Source: Phoronis australis (taxonomy: Eukaryota > Animalia > Phoronida). Taken from it: a stretch of 64,000 nucleotides of DNA. Made by a program: the position numbers and the translations under genes. Shown piece after piece: positions 62,451-64,000 of this stretch. The stretch's first letter is position 1, and each line of letters opens with the position of its first letter. The stretch lies in contig NMRA01000104.1 of NCBI GenBank assembly GCA_002633005.1, positions 429,255-493,254 of the forward strand, read 5' to 3'. Under the pieces are notes generated by a model. The model worked only from the letters and a program-made list of their open reading frames with translations, had not been told where the DNA came from and did no database searches.

Positions 62451-62858
62451 TTAAAAAGATACTACACCCTGTTTGGGTAATTATAACCAATCTCTCAGCT
62501 GTCTCTGCTAATGCATCATTGCAATCACACTTCAGAGATAAAAGCATGATGAACTGAAAACACATTCACCACTTTGTTAGAGAATGGATAATAAAATGGT
62601 TCTTGGTCAGTTGGTGGGTGGTCCTTCCCCGCAGTTGTCTCGTACAAACTCGCCTGAAACGTTAATCACGCTTGCCTGTTCAGCAGCGTTTGTAAGGAGT
62701 TGTCACATTTGGTTTTTGAATTCTTTTCAAAACTTATAAAACATTTTAGGATGGGTGAAGGTTACAGAGCATTATTTTGTTTCAGAGAGGTGGATGAGGA
62801 AAATCGCTGTTAATATCTGCTAATAGCTAGGCTAAAACCCGGTTTAGTATCCCTTTAA
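62451..62858. mobile_element. TTAA-type (Kolobok-like) MITE
   Basis: ttaaaaagatactacaccctgtttgg...ctaaaacccggtttagtatccctttaa. Homologous to 21081-21435. Confidence 0.7.
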
Positions 62859-63785
62859 AAGAATGAACCAACATTCCGTATTCCGATTGCATCCGATAGG
62901 TGAGATTAGTACGTTCTGTTTGGTTGGAGTTTGAGAAATACCTTGGCCTGGTTACTGCAATGACATATTATAATAATCGATTACTTCCACAAAAGTGATT
63001 AACTCCGAACAACAAGGCGTCAAATCAATCAACGAAACGATTCACTACATTTTTCTGGCTCATTCCCTGCCCATTAGTGTTTCGCGGTAGACGGCCAAAC
63101 GAGGACACGCGCATTGGGGCCTCACGCGGCACTCTGCGTGTCAATGCAACTTCCATCTAGCCACACACTTAGTCGGCTTCGTACAAACCGGTAATGCAGT
63201 CAAGTTCCCGTCTGTATTCTGTATTGACTTCCTAATTTGGAAAAGGCACGTGCGTTCACTGCTTGATTGGTGTCGTTTCTATAAATCATGCAAGAGCGCT
63301 GGGAAGGAACGTATCGTTAGTTTGGCATTTAAAACAAGTTGTAGCGAATACACAACACGCCGTTTATGAGTTCATTGTGTTGCTACTCCGTGCATAGTAC
63401 ATTATTCTAAGTATTTCTAAGTACTCTATAAGTAGCATAACACCAGAACGAGCTGCAGCCGTGGCAAGTTTTAAATCATTTAAGACCAGCTCAGAACACA
63501 CAGAGATCACATAAACGAGTTGCCAATACAAGACAGGCATCAGCAATATAATAACAATTGATGTGGGATTTTTGTGCCTACGTTGCTAAGTTAATCGACG
63601 TCATCATTTTTGTCACTCGTGAGCTAGAGGAGATCGGAGCCGTATAGACCGGCAGCCCAGAGCACTTAGCATAGATGAACGAGGTACCAACATCTGACCA
63701 CGGGAGCATTTAAAGTCCACCTCAGTATGTACAGAAATGGACGTCTGCCGTTGTATGCACTCTGGGTGTGACCCCTGGGGGCCTT

Positions 63786-63985
63786 AAAAAGACCCCAAAA
63801 AATGAGCTAGACTAGATATTCGAGGTAACAACCAAAACTGATTTAAAACGAACAATAATACCGCACGGAACACCGAATGACCCATGACAGACAAATTGCA
63901 CTCTGGAATGGGTCCGGCAGAAGCCAAAAAAGGACCCCCCAAAAATGAGCTAGCACATACATTCGAGGTACCACACAAAACCAAT
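63786..63985. repeat. Imperfect tandem repeat (~140-bp period) at the window edge
   Basis: gacccc..aaaaatgagctag...attcgaggta.ca..caaaac occurs twice. Confidence 0.6.
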
Positions 63986-64000
63986 TCCATATGATTCAAT

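Overview
This is eukaryotic, intron-rich, repeat-dense invertebrate DNA. It is AT-rich and probably lophotrochozoan (inference from repeat style and gene family). The host genes are a cluster of three claudin/PMP22-superfamily tetraspan genes, rebuilt by hand from GT-AG sites. Gene A is on the minus strand (4 coding exons, 16936->6918, 308 aa). Gene B is on the plus strand (4 coding exons, 38799->56564, 232 aa). Gene C is on the plus strand (first coding exon only, 61284-61587; a paralog of gene A). All coding introns are phase 1. The rest is transposon debris: a decayed spliced SAP-domain ORF interrupted by a TTAA-flanked foldback, a CR1/L2-type LINE, Gypsy remnants, two Penelope-like insertions with inverted pLTRs and hammerhead-like cores, P-like/THAP MITEs, a nested-palindrome (Crypton-like) family carrying a tRNA-like Pol III cassette, a tRNA-SINE, a probable Academ-like element, HINE-like repeats and minisatellites. 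Two single-N junctions appear to show both haplotypes of polymorphic insertions. The 8-mer TACATGTA is strongly over-represented. There are no prokaryotic systems, CRISPR arrays or rRNA. Most ORFs in the supplied track are spurious.
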